Below are positions 49,753 to 59,997 of a stretch of 64,000 nt of DNA, one piece after another (the first letter of the stretch is position 1; every line of letters begins with the position of its first letter). The DNA is from Polyangiaceae bacterium. Its GTDB lineage: Bacteria; Myxococcota_A; Polyangia; Polyangiales; Polyangiaceae. The DNA lies in NCBI GenBank assembly GCA_035063585.1, contig JAPSGB010000005.1, positions 140,930 through 204,929 of the forward strand, in the 5' to 3' direction. The notes beneath the pieces were generated by a model that saw only the letters and a list, made by a program, of their open reading frames with translations, was not told the origin of the DNA and searched no databases. A program made the position numbers and the translations under genes.

Positions 49753-50883
49753 CTACTTGCGGCGCGCGCGGTAGAGGCGGAGCTGGTTCGCGCCGTCTCG
49801 GTTCGAGCTGAAGTAGAGCGAGCAGAGGTCCGGTGACAGGCTCGGCTGCACGTCGTACACGTTCTGCAGGTTGATGTTCAGCCGCCGTCCGAAGCCGGTC
49901 GCTTGCCCGTGCTCGTCGAGGCCAACCGCGTAGAGGTCCTGGGTCGAGCCCTTGCTCGAGCAGTCGCCGTAGTACTCGGCGGACGTGAAGAGCAGGAGCC
50001 TGCCGTCCGGGGTCACCCAGGGCGCGGCGTCGAGCCCGGCGCTCGGGCAGCTCGCCGGCTCGGTCACGAGGTTCACTTGCGCGGCCGTCGCGGGCGAGGT
50101 CGGGCCCACGCTGGCGGTGAAGAGGTCCAAGTTGAGAGCGCCCTTCCGGCTCGAAATCCACCAGGCCCTCGCCGCGAGCGGCGCGAAGGCGAAGCCGAAA
50201 TTGTTGGTGTCCACGACGTTGATGGGCGCGCCGAGCGGAGCGACGCTGGTGACCTGTCCGGCGGCGTTCAGCACACCGCCGACGAGCTCGCGGTTGAGGC
50301 TGCCGCTGCGGGTACCGCGGTCCCAGAAGACGTTGATCCCCGCGAGCATTCCCTCAGAGGCAGCGCGCGTCGAGAGCGGCCCGCTCTCCGGGACCCCCTC
50401 CGTGTCCAACGGGGCGGGCATCGCGTGCCCCGCGCTCGTCGTGGGGTCGGGCGTAAACCAGATCGCGGTTTCATTGCCGACCCAGTTGCCGACCGTGTAG
50501 AGGAGCCCTCGCTCGCCGGCGGCGCGCGGGTACCTGAGGTAGCTGCCCTGGTGCTTGGCGTTGATGACGTCGAACGGCTCGGGGGGGTCGAACTCGAAGC
50601 GGGAGAGCTCGCCGCAGAGATGACACTGGCGATCCTCACCGCAGTACTCGCCGTCGCGGCACGGCTGGCCCTCGCACGACGCGCCTCCGCCGTCGATGCC
50701 AGCGCTCCCACCCGTGCCCGCAGCGCCGGCGTCGCCGCCGCCGGCGCCCGCCGTGTTCGCGCTACCGGCCGCGCCCCCCGCCGGCTCGTCTACCGTGAAG
50801 TCATCACCGCCGCAGCTCGCGACGAGCGCGCCCGCCAGGAACGCCATGAGCGCGAGGACGCGCGGTCGGGCCGAGCTCGACAT
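49753..50883 (-). CDS. Lipoprotein with PD40/WD40-like repeats
   Basis: Lipobox VASC; PWVTPDGRLLLFTS and PSLSPDLCSLYFSSNR. Confidence 0.75.
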   Translation of the reverse strand: MSSSARPRVLALMAFLAGALVASCGGDDFTVDEPAGGAAGSANTAGAGGGDAGAAGTGGSAGIDGGGASCEGQPCRDGEYCGEDRQCHLCGELSRFEFDPPEPFDVINAKHQGSYLRYPRAAGERGLLYTVGNWVGNETAIWFTPDPTTSAGHAMPAPLDTEGVPESGPLSTRAASEGMLAGINVFWDRGTRSGSLNRELVGGVLNAAGQVTSVAPLGAPINVVDTNNFGFAFAPLAARAWWISSRKGALNLDLFTASVGPTSPATAAQVNLVTEPASCPSAGLDAAPWVTPDGRLLLFTSAEYYGDCSSKGSTQDLYAVGLDEHGQATGFGRRLNINLQNVYDVQPSLSPDLCSLYFSSNRDGANQLRLYRARRK

Positions 50884-50914
50884 AAGCTCTGCGGATCCTA
50901 CCCGCGAACGCGCC

Positions 50915-52768
50915 TCAATGCACGTCGCCCGTAAGCCACGCGAAGCCCGGCACCAGCACCTCGTCGGGCGTCGCGCCGCCTTGACGCGCGGCGGCGGTGC
51001 CGCCGTCGAGGGGGTCGAGCACGAAGCCGTGGTCGCCGAAGACCATGACCAAAGTGCGGGGCGGTAGGCCGAGCAGGTGCGCCGCGAGCGACTCGGCCAC
51101 CTCGTCCGCGAGGTCGTCGAGTCGCTCCGCGAGCGGTCCGCCTGCCTCGGCCAGGCGCGACTCCACGAGATCGAGCTTGTAGAGCTCGCGATGACCCGCC
51201 TTGAGCCGCCGAATCGTCGCGGCGCTGCGCCCGCGCACGACCGGCCGCGCGGCCTCGACCTCTCCTACGAGATCCTTCAGGCCCGCTGGGCCTCGGCCGA
51301 TGAGCTCGAGCTGGACCTCGGTGATGGTCGGTAGCGCCGACCAGAGCAAGAGCCGCTCGGTGAGCGCGGCTCGCTGTCCGACCAGCGCGCGCGCGCGCTC
51401 CTGCACGCGCAGCCCGAGATCGAAGCGCAGGCTGTCGATGATGAAGAGCTGCACGGAGCGCGCGCCGTGGAGGCGCCCGATGCGCTGGGCCACCTCCGGT
51501 GCATCGAGCACCATGGTGGGGCGCTTGCCGCGCAGGCGGAGCGCGTCGAAGGCCTCGGTGTAGCTCCGCTCGAAGCTGGTCGCCCACGCCGCGAGCACCT
51601 CGACCGCCCTGGGGCCCGCGAGCCCCCGCGCGACCGCGTCCGCGAGCGGTACGTACGCCGAGGCGAAGAGCCGCTCGATGGCGCCGAGCGGCTTGGGTCC
51701 GCGCGCGCCGTCGAGCTCGCGCATCCACTCCGTCCACTGCTCCCGCGCGCGTGGGTGGAGGGGCGTCGAGCGCCGTGGCTCGACCGGGGCTTCGACCCGC
51801 TCGGCGCGCTCGTCCCCGCCTGCCGCGCTCACTCCCTCGTCGGCGGGCGCTTCGTCGTCGAGCGCGGCGCCTCCCGCGCCTCCCTGCGGGGCCGAGGACG
51901 GCGCTCCCGCCGGGCGCGCGTACTCGGCGAGCGCCGCGTCGAACGACTCGTCGAGTCCGGTGAGCGGCGCGCTCGCGACCGCCTCGTCATCCTCGAAGAT
52001 CGCCGCCATCGCCCGCGCGAGCTCGGTGCCCTCGAGGTGCGTCGCAGGCTCGCCGACCACCGGTGGCGGCGCGGTCGCCTCGAGCGGTTCCTCCACCTCT
52101 ACCGCGGGCGGCTGGCTCGTGAAGCGCTCGATGTCGACCGGCGCGAGCGGCGGCGACGGCTCGAGCGCGAGCGGGCCGAAGTCATCGAGGACCGCGCACC
52201 GCGGAAGCGGCGCGGAGAGCTCCATGGCGGCGGCGCTCGCGGCCTGTTCGGGCGCCGGCAGGATCTCGTGGGTCGGCGCGTCGCCGGCCACGAGCAGAAG
52301 CGCGAGCGCGACCGGCTCGCCGTACACGCCCAGGAAGCGGTTGCGAGCGTCGACGTAGAGGTGCACCGCACGCTCCTGCGCCGCGGCGATCCACCACCTT
52401 AGGACCGCGCTGTCCTCGGCGTCGAGCGCGCCCGCGAGGTTCGCGATCCCCTCGAGGGCGGGCAGCGCGAGGGTGAGCCCGCGGAAGCCCGCGCTGCGGG
52501 CGCGAAATAGCTGATCGGACAAGGTCGCGTCGAGATCGCTCGAGGCACCGAAGCCGGGTGGTGCGGCGCCGCGGAGCGAGAGCGCGCCCTCCACCGCCTC
52601 CTCGAGGAGCAGCGCCAGCCGTCCGCGCGCTCCGGGCCCGGGAGGCATGAAGCTGGCGAAGAGCCGCCCTGCTCCGAGCGCGGCCGCCTCGAGCGAGGGC
52701 CGCTCGTCGGCGTCGATGAGGCGCACCTCGCCCGCGCCCGCCTCCTCCAGTTCACTCGGCTCGATCAT
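50915..52768 (-). CDS. Hypothetical protein with C-terminal PglZ-like (alkaline phosphatase fold) domain
   Basis: FIIDSLRFD, ALPTIT, FGDHGF and QGGATPDEVLVP motifs; acidic Pro-rich linker. Confidence 0.7.
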   Translation of the reverse strand: MIEPSELEEAGAGEVRLIDADERPSLEAAALGAGRLFASFMPPGPGARGRLALLLEEAVEGALSLRGAAPPGFGASSDLDATLSDQLFRARSAGFRGLTLALPALEGIANLAGALDAEDSAVLRWWIAAAQERAVHLYVDARNRFLGVYGEPVALALLLVAGDAPTHEILPAPEQAASAAAMELSAPLPRCAVLDDFGPLALEPSPPLAPVDIERFTSQPPAVEVEEPLEATAPPPVVGEPATHLEGTELARAMAAIFEDDEAVASAPLTGLDESFDAALAEYARPAGAPSSAPQGGAGGAALDDEAPADEGVSAAGGDERAERVEAPVEPRRSTPLHPRAREQWTEWMRELDGARGPKPLGAIERLFASAYVPLADAVARGLAGPRAVEVLAAWATSFERSYTEAFDALRLRGKRPTMVLDAPEVAQRIGRLHGARSVQLFIIDSLRFDLGLRVQERARALVGQRAALTERLLLWSALPTITEVQLELIGRGPAGLKDLVGEVEAARPVVRGRSAATIRRLKAGHRELYKLDLVESRLAEAGGPLAERLDDLADEVAESLAAHLLGLPPRTLVMVFGDHGFVLDPLDGGTAAARQGGATPDEVLVPGFAWLTGDVH

Positions 52769-52909
52769 GAGGCCGATGAGTCGCCAATCAGGCTCGGTTG
52801 GCCCAATTTTCTGCGAGCGTCGGCCGGTCTCCTCGACGGGACCGGGTCGCGCCCCTGCCGCTCGGCGGGCGGCCCCGGGCGCCGGGCGGGGCGGCGCGGC
52901 CGGCGTCCG

Positions 52910-52938
52910 TTGCGAAGCGCGAAGAGAAGGCTTAGCTT
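52910..52938 (+). promoter_or_regulatory. Sigma70-like promoter for the putative 6S RNA
   Basis: TTGCGA-N17-TAGCTT, 7 nt before the predicted RNA 5' end. Confidence 0.65.
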
Positions 52939-52945
52939 CCCGTGT

Positions 52946-53139
52946 GGTTCCCTCTGCAGTTCTCGTGAGGTGCTGGTAACGAATCCCTTACAAGCAAATG
53001 AACCCGGGAGGCGAAGCCCCGGCTGAGAGCTAGGCCCGGAATTTTTCACCGGGAAGCCGGAGGTCGAGGCTAGCCGCCCACCTAGCGCTGCTAGGGGTTC
53101 GGGCTACGCAATTTCCCACGGTTCGCGCGGTAAGGAACC
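52946..53139 (+). ncRNA. ssrS: Probable 6S RNA
   Basis: About 194 nt; terminal pairing GGTTCC/GGAACC; A-rich central segment; inner pairing GAACCC/GGGTTC; CCCACCT element; no credible ORF. Confidence 0.75.
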
Positions 53140-53142
53140 CAT

Positions 53143-53174
53143 GAACGGGCCGATGCAAACACATCGGCCCGTTC
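53143..53174 (+). terminator. 13-bp perfect hairpin downstream of the putative 6S RNA
   Basis: GAACGGGCCGATG-CAAACA-CATCGGCCCGTTC. Confidence 0.7.
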
Positions 53175-53369
53175 GCCTTGGTGCGGTCGTCGTGCGCGAT
53201 GCGGCTCGCGCCGCCGGCCGCGACGAGCAGCCATGGGCCCGGAGGAGCCCCCGGCCAGTCCGAGGGAGATCCATCGCTGCTGAAGAGATCCGGTGGGTCT
53301 GTTCTTGACGCGAAGGCGGGCTGGTCGGTCCTTCCGCTCCCGGCGGGTCTCGGCTACCGTCGCGATTCA

Positions 53370-54164
53370 ATGCCGAAGCTCGCAGATCCCATCGAAATTT
53401 CCCCCTCTCCGCGCCGGCGAGCGGCCGGTAAGGTGCTGGTCGCGCTCGCGCTCGGCGCCGCGCTCGCCGCCCCGGCGACCGCCGACGCCGCCAAGGTCAA
53501 GGGAGCCGTGAGCGGCTTCCGGATGCTCTTGAACCCGGTGTGGAACGACGCGCGCGACGCGAAGAAGCACGGCTACTCGTTCCGTGAGCCGGTCCCCACG
53601 GTGCGCGCCGAGTTCCGGCACCTCTACCCGCACATTCCGAAGGAGCTCTGCGTCGCTGCGCTCGCGTCGAGCCCGCAGAAGCCCCCGAAGCCCATCCTCG
53701 TTCGCGTCGGCGGTGGTCGCACGACGCCGGTGACCATCGTGGTCCCCCCGGGCACCCGGCTCCAGTTCCAGAACACCGATCCGTTCAAGCATCGGCTCTA
53801 CGGGGTGAAGATCCCCACCTTCCAGCCGAGCGACACGATCAAGGGCGCCACTCGCGACTGGTCGGTCCCGAGCGCCGGCGTCTTCGAGATCCGCGACGAG
53901 CTCGCGCCGAGTCTCCGCATGTGGATCATCGGCGAGCCGAACGTCGCCGCGATCGCGTATCCCTCGATGAAGGGCCAGTTCCAGCTCGATCTCGCCGAGC
54001 CCGGTGACTACACGCTTCAGGTCTACTTCTCTGGCGCCAAGCTCGGGCCCGCCCAGGCCGTGACCCTCAAGGGCGGTGATGTGGATCTCACGAAGACACC
54101 CATCAAGGTCGCCGACGAGAGCAAGAAGCCGAAGGCGAGCGACGACGAGGACAAGGGCAAGTAG
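53370..54164 (+). CDS. Exported hypothetical protein (beta-sandwich, possibly cupredoxin-like)
   Basis: Signal peptide; VVPPGTRLQFQNTDPFKH segment; start uncertain. Confidence 0.7.
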   Translation: MPKLADPIEISPSPRRRAAGKVLVALALGAALAAPATADAAKVKGAVSGFRMLLNPVWNDARDAKKHGYSFREPVPTVRAEFRHLYPHIPKELCVAALASSPQKPPKPILVRVGGGRTTPVTIVVPPGTRLQFQNTDPFKHRLYGVKIPTFQPSDTIKGATRDWSVPSAGVFEIRDELAPSLRMWIIGEPNVAAIAYPSMKGQFQLDLAEPGDYTLQVYFSGAKLGPAQAVTLKGGDVDLTKTPIKVADESKKPKASDDEDKGK

Positions 54165-55820
54165 ATGCTGCTCTCTCGATTCTGGTATGTGCTCTTGGCG
54201 TTCGCCCTGGGCGCCGCGGCGTTCGTGCTGTTCCTCGCGGAGAGCATGTATAACCGGGCTGGCGCGCGGGCCATGGGTGAGGGGCTGTCGTCAGACAGTC
54301 AGGTCGTCTCCTGGTACCTGAAGGACGACGCGCGTCAGCGCTCCGCGCAGCTCGTGAAGTTCGCGCTGCACGACGACGTCGCGAAGTATCTCGCGAAGTC
54401 GAGCGAGAGCGAGGCCGCGGTGCCGGCGGACGCGCGCGAGAAGATCACCGCTGCGCTCCGCAGCGTCAACGAGAAGATCCCCGCGGACGAGGGCTTCGAC
54501 GCCGTGTTCGCGGTGGATCAAGAGGGCCGCGTGGTGGGATTCACCGGCTACGAGCAGGCGAGCGGCATGGACGGCTTCGAGCTCGGCGGCTACCCCGTGG
54601 TCGCCGACGCTCTGCACGGGTACATCCGTGACGACACGCTGGTGCTCGACCGGGTGTATCGGGTGGTGGCACGCCCCGTGGAGTACGACCTCGGCCAAGC
54701 CCCGGCCGGCGCGATCGTCGGCGCTCGGATCATCGATGACCGGTTCGCTCGTGCCCTGTCCGGCCGCACGGGCGCGGCGGTCGCGTTCTACGCGAACGGG
54801 CAGCGCGTCGCCGCCGGCGCGCCGGAGGGCTTCGACCAGAGTCAGCTCGACCAGATCGTCGCGGATCTGCCGAACCTACAGGGCGACAAGGACTACCAAG
54901 AGAAGGGGCGCAGCGAGATGCGCTCGATCGGCGGGCTGCTCGGCGTGGTCTACGCGCGGCTGCCGGGGGAAGCCTGGGAGCTCGGGGCCGGATACGCGGT
55001 CGGGCGGCTGCCTTATCACGTGGCCGGCCCGCTCGGGTTCTTCGCCAAGGCCGACGACACCGACAAGAAGAACGCGAACATCCCCATCGTGCTCGTCGTC
55101 CTGCTCCTCGCTGGCGGCCTGGGCATCGTGTTCTCCGTGCTCGAGCACACGGTCCCCGTCGGGATCTTCAAGCGGGAGGCGGCGCGGCTCGCCAAGGGCG
55201 AGGCCGATCAGATGCAGCCGAGCAAGTTCCGCGGGGTGTTCCGCAAGATCGCCTCCGACCTCAACGACGGCATCGAGCTAGTCGCCGCCAAGGGCGGCGC
55301 CCCGCGCCGCGCGGCCGATCTGAAGCAGGTGCTCGGTGACATCCCGGATCAGCCGCAGATGAGCGCGTTCAGCTTCCCGGGTGAGCTCCCGTCGTCGCCG
55401 GGAGCCGCGAGCCCCGTCGAACCCGTCGTGCCGAGTCGACCGCGAGGTCCGCTGCCTCAGGCTCCCTCTTCACCGAGCAACCCGCGCGCCGCTTCACCGA
55501 GCGCGACCAGCGACGCCGCCGCCAAGTCCGCGCCGCGCCCTCCGGCTCCCCCGCCGCGGCACGAGGCTCCTCCCGCCGCCGGCGCCCCCGCGAGCGGCGC
55601 GGACCAGGCCGCCGAGTGGCGCGCCGTCTACGACGAGTTCGTGGCCACCAAGCAGCAGTGCGGAGAGAGCACCGACGGGTTCAGCTACGAAAAGTTCGAG
55701 CAGACGCTCAAGAAGAACCGCGACACGCTGGTTCAGCGGCACGGCGCGCAGCGCGTGAAATTCAGCGTGTATGTGAAGGACGGCAAGGCGGCGCTCAAGG
55801 CGAGCCCAATCAAGGATTGA
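54165..55820 (+). CDS. MXAN_5187-family membrane protein
   Basis: TM-periplasmic-TM layout; Pro-rich linker; C-terminus WRAVYDEFVATKQQCGE...FSVYVKDGKAALKA. Confidence 0.8.
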   Translation: MLLSRFWYVLLAFALGAAAFVLFLAESMYNRAGARAMGEGLSSDSQVVSWYLKDDARQRSAQLVKFALHDDVAKYLAKSSESEAAVPADAREKITAALRSVNEKIPADEGFDAVFAVDQEGRVVGFTGYEQASGMDGFELGGYPVVADALHGYIRDDTLVLDRVYRVVARPVEYDLGQAPAGAIVGARIIDDRFARALSGRTGAAVAFYANGQRVAAGAPEGFDQSQLDQIVADLPNLQGDKDYQEKGRSEMRSIGGLLGVVYARLPGEAWELGAGYAVGRLPYHVAGPLGFFAKADDTDKKNANIPIVLVVLLLAGGLGIVFSVLEHTVPVGIFKREAARLAKGEADQMQPSKFRGVFRKIASDLNDGIELVAAKGGAPRRAADLKQVLGDIPDQPQMSAFSFPGELPSSPGAASPVEPVVPSRPRGPLPQAPSSPSNPRAASPSATSDAAAKSAPRPPAPPPRHEAPPAAGAPASGADQAAEWRAVYDEFVATKQQCGESTDGFSYEKFEQTLKKNRDTLVQRHGAQRVKFSVYVKDGKAALKASPIKD

Positions 55821-55830
55821 GAGGGGACGC

Positions 55831-57378
55831 GTGAAGAGAGGTTTTTCGCTCACGGGTGCGCTCGTCGTCGGTGTGGTCTCGTTCGCGGGCCCCGCGCGCG
55901 CGACGGACGCCATGCGCTTTCCGGACAATGGAACCGAGCAGCTCGGGCGCGGCGGCGCGTGGGTCGCGCGAGCCACCAACCCGCTCGCGACGCTCTACAA
56001 CCCCGCGGCCCTCGCCACCCAGGAGACGGGCGTGCTCCTCGACGTGAACGGCGTCTTCTTCAAGACCTGCTTCACGCGCGAGGGGCCGGGCAGCAACGTC
56101 ACCGTCGGCGCGAGCGGGGTCGCGAAGTACCCGACGACGTGCAACTCGAACAGCGGCACGCCGTCGCCGCTCCCGTCCGCGGCGTTCGTCTGGCGCGCGA
56201 CCGACCAGCTCGGCATCGGCCTGTCGGTGACGCCGCCCAGCCTCTACGGGCACACCGAATTCCCGGAGACGGTGCCGCTCGTCTATAAGAGCGCGTCAGG
56301 CCGCGACATCTCGACCCAGGTCGGCTCGCCGCAGCGCTACATGCTGCTCAAGATGGACGGCATCGTCTTGAACCAGACGCTCTCTGCCGGCTACTCGCTC
56401 ACCGACCGCCTGCACCTGGGAGCGGGCTTCATCTGGGGCGTCGGCTCGCTGTCGCTGCAGAGCGCGGCGATGAGCTTGCCTCCCGACGACCAGACGCAGG
56501 ACGACCCGACCGCCGACATCTGGGCGAGGGTGAAGGTCGCGGACTGGTTCATTCCCGGGTTCGTGATCGGAGGGCTCTATTCGCCCATCGATCAGCTCGA
56601 CATCGGGCTCTCGATCACGGCGCAGGAGGCCCTCGAGTCGCACGGCGATCTCACCCTGAAGGCGAACTACTGGACGGGGGATCCGCGGCGCCCGATCGGC
56701 AGCAACCCGACGATCACCGAGAGCCCCGGGACCACGCATTTTCGCTTGCCGAACCCGTTCGACGTGCGGCTCGGGGTCCGCTTTCACTTGCCGCGCGCCG
56801 AGCGCGGGACGGTTCGCGCCGCGGCGACGGGCCGCGCCGTCCGCGATCCGCTGGTCGACGACGTCTTCGACATCGAGCTCGACGGCTCGTACACGCGAAA
56901 CCGCGCCTACTCGGCGGTCATGCTGCGATTCCCCGAGGTCCCGCCCATCCCGATCAACGGCACGGGCGGCGTGGTGCCGGGCAATGGTGACATGGCGCTG
57001 AACCTCGAGGGTGACACCTTCGGGGTTCGGCTCGGTGGTGACTATAACGTAATCCCCGGGCGGCTCGCGGTGCGCGCCGGCGGATGGTACGAGCCCTCCG
57101 TCCAGCGCGCGCGCGACCTCAGCGTCACCTTGGTCGCGAGCCAGCGCGTCGGCGCCGCCGCCGGCGTCACCGTCCGCCTCGGGCGGTTCGATCTCGAGGC
57201 GGGCTACCTGCACGTGTTCTTCGCGGAGCAAGACAACGGTGGCGAGGGGAACGTCCGCGCGATGAGCGGCAAGGCTACCGCGCAGCCCGTCCCGTATCGG
57301 ACCCCGTACCCCATCAACGGCGGGCGGCTGACCGCCAGCGCCAACATCGTGTCGCTCGGCGCGACCATGCGCTTCTGA
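55831..57378 (+). CDS. FadL/OmpP1-family outer-membrane transporter
   Basis: LGRGGAWVA...YNPAAL hatch motif; beta-barrel pattern; C-terminal Phe. Confidence 0.82.
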   Translation: MKRGFSLTGALVVGVVSFAGPARATDAMRFPDNGTEQLGRGGAWVARATNPLATLYNPAALATQETGVLLDVNGVFFKTCFTREGPGSNVTVGASGVAKYPTTCNSNSGTPSPLPSAAFVWRATDQLGIGLSVTPPSLYGHTEFPETVPLVYKSASGRDISTQVGSPQRYMLLKMDGIVLNQTLSAGYSLTDRLHLGAGFIWGVGSLSLQSAAMSLPPDDQTQDDPTADIWARVKVADWFIPGFVIGGLYSPIDQLDIGLSITAQEALESHGDLTLKANYWTGDPRRPIGSNPTITESPGTTHFRLPNPFDVRLGVRFHLPRAERGTVRAAATGRAVRDPLVDDVFDIELDGSYTRNRAYSAVMLRFPEVPPIPINGTGGVVPGNGDMALNLEGDTFGVRLGGDYNVIPGRLAVRAGGWYEPSVQRARDLSVTLVASQRVGAAAGVTVRLGRFDLEAGYLHVFFAEQDNGGEGNVRAMSGKATAQPVPYRTPYPINGGRLTASANIVSLGATMRF

Positions 57379-57510
57379 GCGGCGCAGCGCCCGAAACTCG
57401 CGGCCCCGCTCGGGCGTAGGGAGCAGCATCGGCCGCGGCCGCGGCTCGGCTCGCGCTCGTGCCGGCCAGGCTTGGGGCCTGGCGTCGCTTTTGGTAAGAA
57501 CCGGAACGCC

Positions 57511-58479
57511 ATGACCGACCCCAAGGTTCACAACGTCCTCATCATCGGCTCGGGCCCCGCCGGGCTCACGGCTTCCGTCTACGCGGCTCGCGCGAATCTC
57601 CATCCCGTGTGCGTCGAGGGGTTCAGCGCGGGTGGGCTCATTCCGGGCGGGCAGCTCATGTTCACGACCGAGGTCGAGAACTACCCGGGCTTCCCCACCG
57701 GCGTGATGGGCCAGGAGCTGATGGCGAAGTTTCGCGAGCAGGCGGAGCGCGCGGGGACCGAGCTCATCACCGCGGACGTGACCAAGGTCGATTTCTCGGC
57801 GCGGCCGTTCAAGGTGTGGGTCGGCGAGGACGAGGACGTGCTCCATCTCGCCCAGACGGTCATCGTGGCGACCGGCGCGCGGGCCAACTACCTCGGGCTC
57901 GACAGCGAGGAGAAGCTCAAGAACAAGGGCGTCAGCGCGTGCGCGGTGTGCGACGGCGCGCTCTTTCGCGGTGAGGACGTCGCCGTGGTCGGCGGCGGCG
58001 ACACCGCCATGGAAGAGGCCCTGTATCTCACGGGCCTCTGCAAGAGCGTGACCTTGATCCATCGCCGCGACGAGTTCCGCGCGTCGAAGGCCATGCAAGA
58101 GCGTGTCGTGGCAAGCGACAAGATCCGCATCCTCTACAGCCATGTAGTGGAGGAGGTGCTCGACCCGTCGGCGGACAAGGTGACCGGCCTGCGCGTCAAG
58201 GATCTGAAGACGGGAGGCGCGCGCACGGTCGAGGTCGGCGCGATGTTCGTCGCCATCGGGCACACTCCGATGACGGAGCTCTTCAAGGGCCAGCTCGAGA
58301 CGCACGACAACGGCTACCTCAAGGTGAAGCCGGGGAGCACGGCGACGAGCGTGGCGGGGGTCTTCGCGGCCGGTGACGTCGCTGACTGGACCTACCGGCA
58401 GGCCGTCACCGCCGCCGGCACCGGCTGCATGGCGGCGCTCGACGCCGAGCGTTGGCTCGCGGCGAACCACTCGCACTGA
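57511..58479 (+). CDS. trxB: Thioredoxin-disulfide reductase
   Basis: IIGSGPAG, GGQL, ENYPGF, CAVC, GGGDTA, HRRD and YRQA motifs. Confidence 0.96.
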   Translation: MTDPKVHNVLIIGSGPAGLTASVYAARANLHPVCVEGFSAGGLIPGGQLMFTTEVENYPGFPTGVMGQELMAKFREQAERAGTELITADVTKVDFSARPFKVWVGEDEDVLHLAQTVIVATGARANYLGLDSEEKLKNKGVSACAVCDGALFRGEDVAVVGGGDTAMEEALYLTGLCKSVTLIHRRDEFRASKAMQERVVASDKIRILYSHVVEEVLDPSADKVTGLRVKDLKTGGARTVEVGAMFVAIGHTPMTELFKGQLETHDNGYLKVKPGSTATSVAGVFAAGDVADWTYRQAVTAAGTGCMAALDAERWLAANHSH

Positions 58480-58582
58480 ATGGCGACCGCCGACGAGCGC
58501 GCGGAGCGAGCCGCCGCGCGCGCCGGGCCGAGTGGCTTCGCGCCGGACCGGCAGCCCGCTCGCGCGTGGTAGAACCCTGCGA

Positions 58583-59542
58583 ATGAACCGTGAGCCCGAC
58601 GATCCGGAGGCCGAGCTCGGCTCGCTCGTCTCGGCGCTGCTCGCTCACGTCGAGCGACTCGCCGCGACCGGCGCGACGGGTCTCGAGCGCGCGACCGAGG
58701 CGCTCACCCTCGCGCGCGGCGGGAACCTCACGTTCGAGGCGCCGGCCCCGAGGGAGCGGGAGGTCGGTCCGGCGCGGAACCCCCCGGCGCGCCCGGCGCC
58801 GGACGCGGTGAGGCCGCCGCCGGTCCGCACCGAGCGCGCTCTCGGTCCGCTCGCGCGTTCGCCGGCGAGCGGCGACCCGACCGAGGGCGCGCTCGAGGCC
58901 CGCGCCGAGTCGAGCCTGGCGAGTGACACGACCGCGAGCGCCGCTAGAGCGCGCGTCACGCCCGGCGAGAGCCGCCAGGCGCTCGCGGAGCTCGAGCGCG
59001 AGGTCGCCTCGTGCACGAGATGTGCGCTCAGCGAGACGCGAACGCAGACCGTCTTCGCGCGCGGGACGGGCGCTTCCGGCCTCTGCTTCGTCGGTGAAGG
59101 CCCGGGCGCGGAGGAAGATCGCGAGGGGATGCCGTTCGTCGGTCCGGCGGGACAGCTCCTCGACCGCATGATCGCCGCGATGGGGCTCGGTCGCGACGAG
59201 GTGTACGTGTGCAACATCGTCAAGTGCCGTCCGCCGAACAACCGCAAGCCGCTCCCGGATGAGATGGCCGCGTGTCGTCCTCACCTCGAGCGCCAGCTCG
59301 AATACCTCGCCCCGACCGTGATCGTGGCCCTCGGCGCGACCGCGGTGCAGGGGCTCCTCGGCACGACCGAGGGGATCACGCGGCTGCGCGGTAAGTGGAA
59401 GCTCTACAAGGGGCGCATCGCGGTGATGCCGACCTTCCACCCGGCGTATCTCTTGCGGGTGCCGGCGGCCAAGCGCGAGGTGTGGGAAGATCTGCAGGCG
59501 GTGCTTCGCCAGCTCGGGCGTCCGCTCCCGAACAAGTCATGA
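58583..59542 (+). CDS. Family 4 uracil-DNA glycosylase
   Basis: CTRC, GEGPG, PFVG, NIVKCRPPNNR and TFHPA motifs. Confidence 0.92.
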   Translation: MNREPDDPEAELGSLVSALLAHVERLAATGATGLERATEALTLARGGNLTFEAPAPREREVGPARNPPARPAPDAVRPPPVRTERALGPLARSPASGDPTEGALEARAESSLASDTTASAARARVTPGESRQALAELEREVASCTRCALSETRTQTVFARGTGASGLCFVGEGPGAEEDREGMPFVGPAGQLLDRMIAAMGLGRDEVYVCNIVKCRPPNNRKPLPDEMAACRPHLERQLEYLAPTVIVALGATAVQGLLGTTEGITRLRGKWKLYKGRIAVMPTFHPAYLLRVPAAKREVWEDLQAVLRQLGRPLPNKS

Positions 59543-59997
59543 GCCGCGCAGGGCGACTCCGAAGAGCGCTGCCGCCGCTCGCGCGCGCCCTGCTCGTCGC
59601 GGTGGGCGTCAGCCCGTTCATTCCGTCACTGACGCAGGGCGTACCCGGGCTGTCCGTCATCGGAGAGGCGCTCGGCGGATGGTTCGGGTTCCAATGCAGT
59701 CGCGATCCTGGGCGGACGCTCCATGTTCTGGGGGACGCGTTGCCGGTCTGCGTCCGCTGCCTCGGGATCTATCTCGGGCTCGGGCTCGGGGGCGCGCTCG
59801 CGCGCCCGAAGCTCGAGGTGTGGCCGCTCCGGCTCTGGGTGGCGGTCGCCGCGCTCGCGATGATTCTCGACGTCATGACCGAGAGCCTCGGGCTGCGCCC
59901 GCCCTGGGCGCCGCTCCGCTTGGCGACCGGGCTCGCGCTCGCGTATCCGGTCGGCGTCGCGGTGGTGTCTAGCGCGCGCGACCTGGGGACGGCATGA
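59539..59997 (+). CDS. DUF2085-like membrane protein
   Basis: PVCVRCLGIYLG and RLATGL; ATGA overlap. Confidence 0.75.
   Translation: MSRAGRLRRALPPLARALLVAVGVSPFIPSLTQGVPGLSVIGEALGGWFGFQCSRDPGRTLHVLGDALPVCVRCLGIYLGLGLGGALARPKLEVWPLRLWVAVAALAMILDVMTESLGLRPPWAPLRLATGLALAYPVGVAVVSSARDLGTA

Noticed and set aside
50915..52768. Complete BREX/Pgl defence system
   Set aside because: No BrxC/PglY ATPase, PglX methyltransferase or other brx genes in the window.
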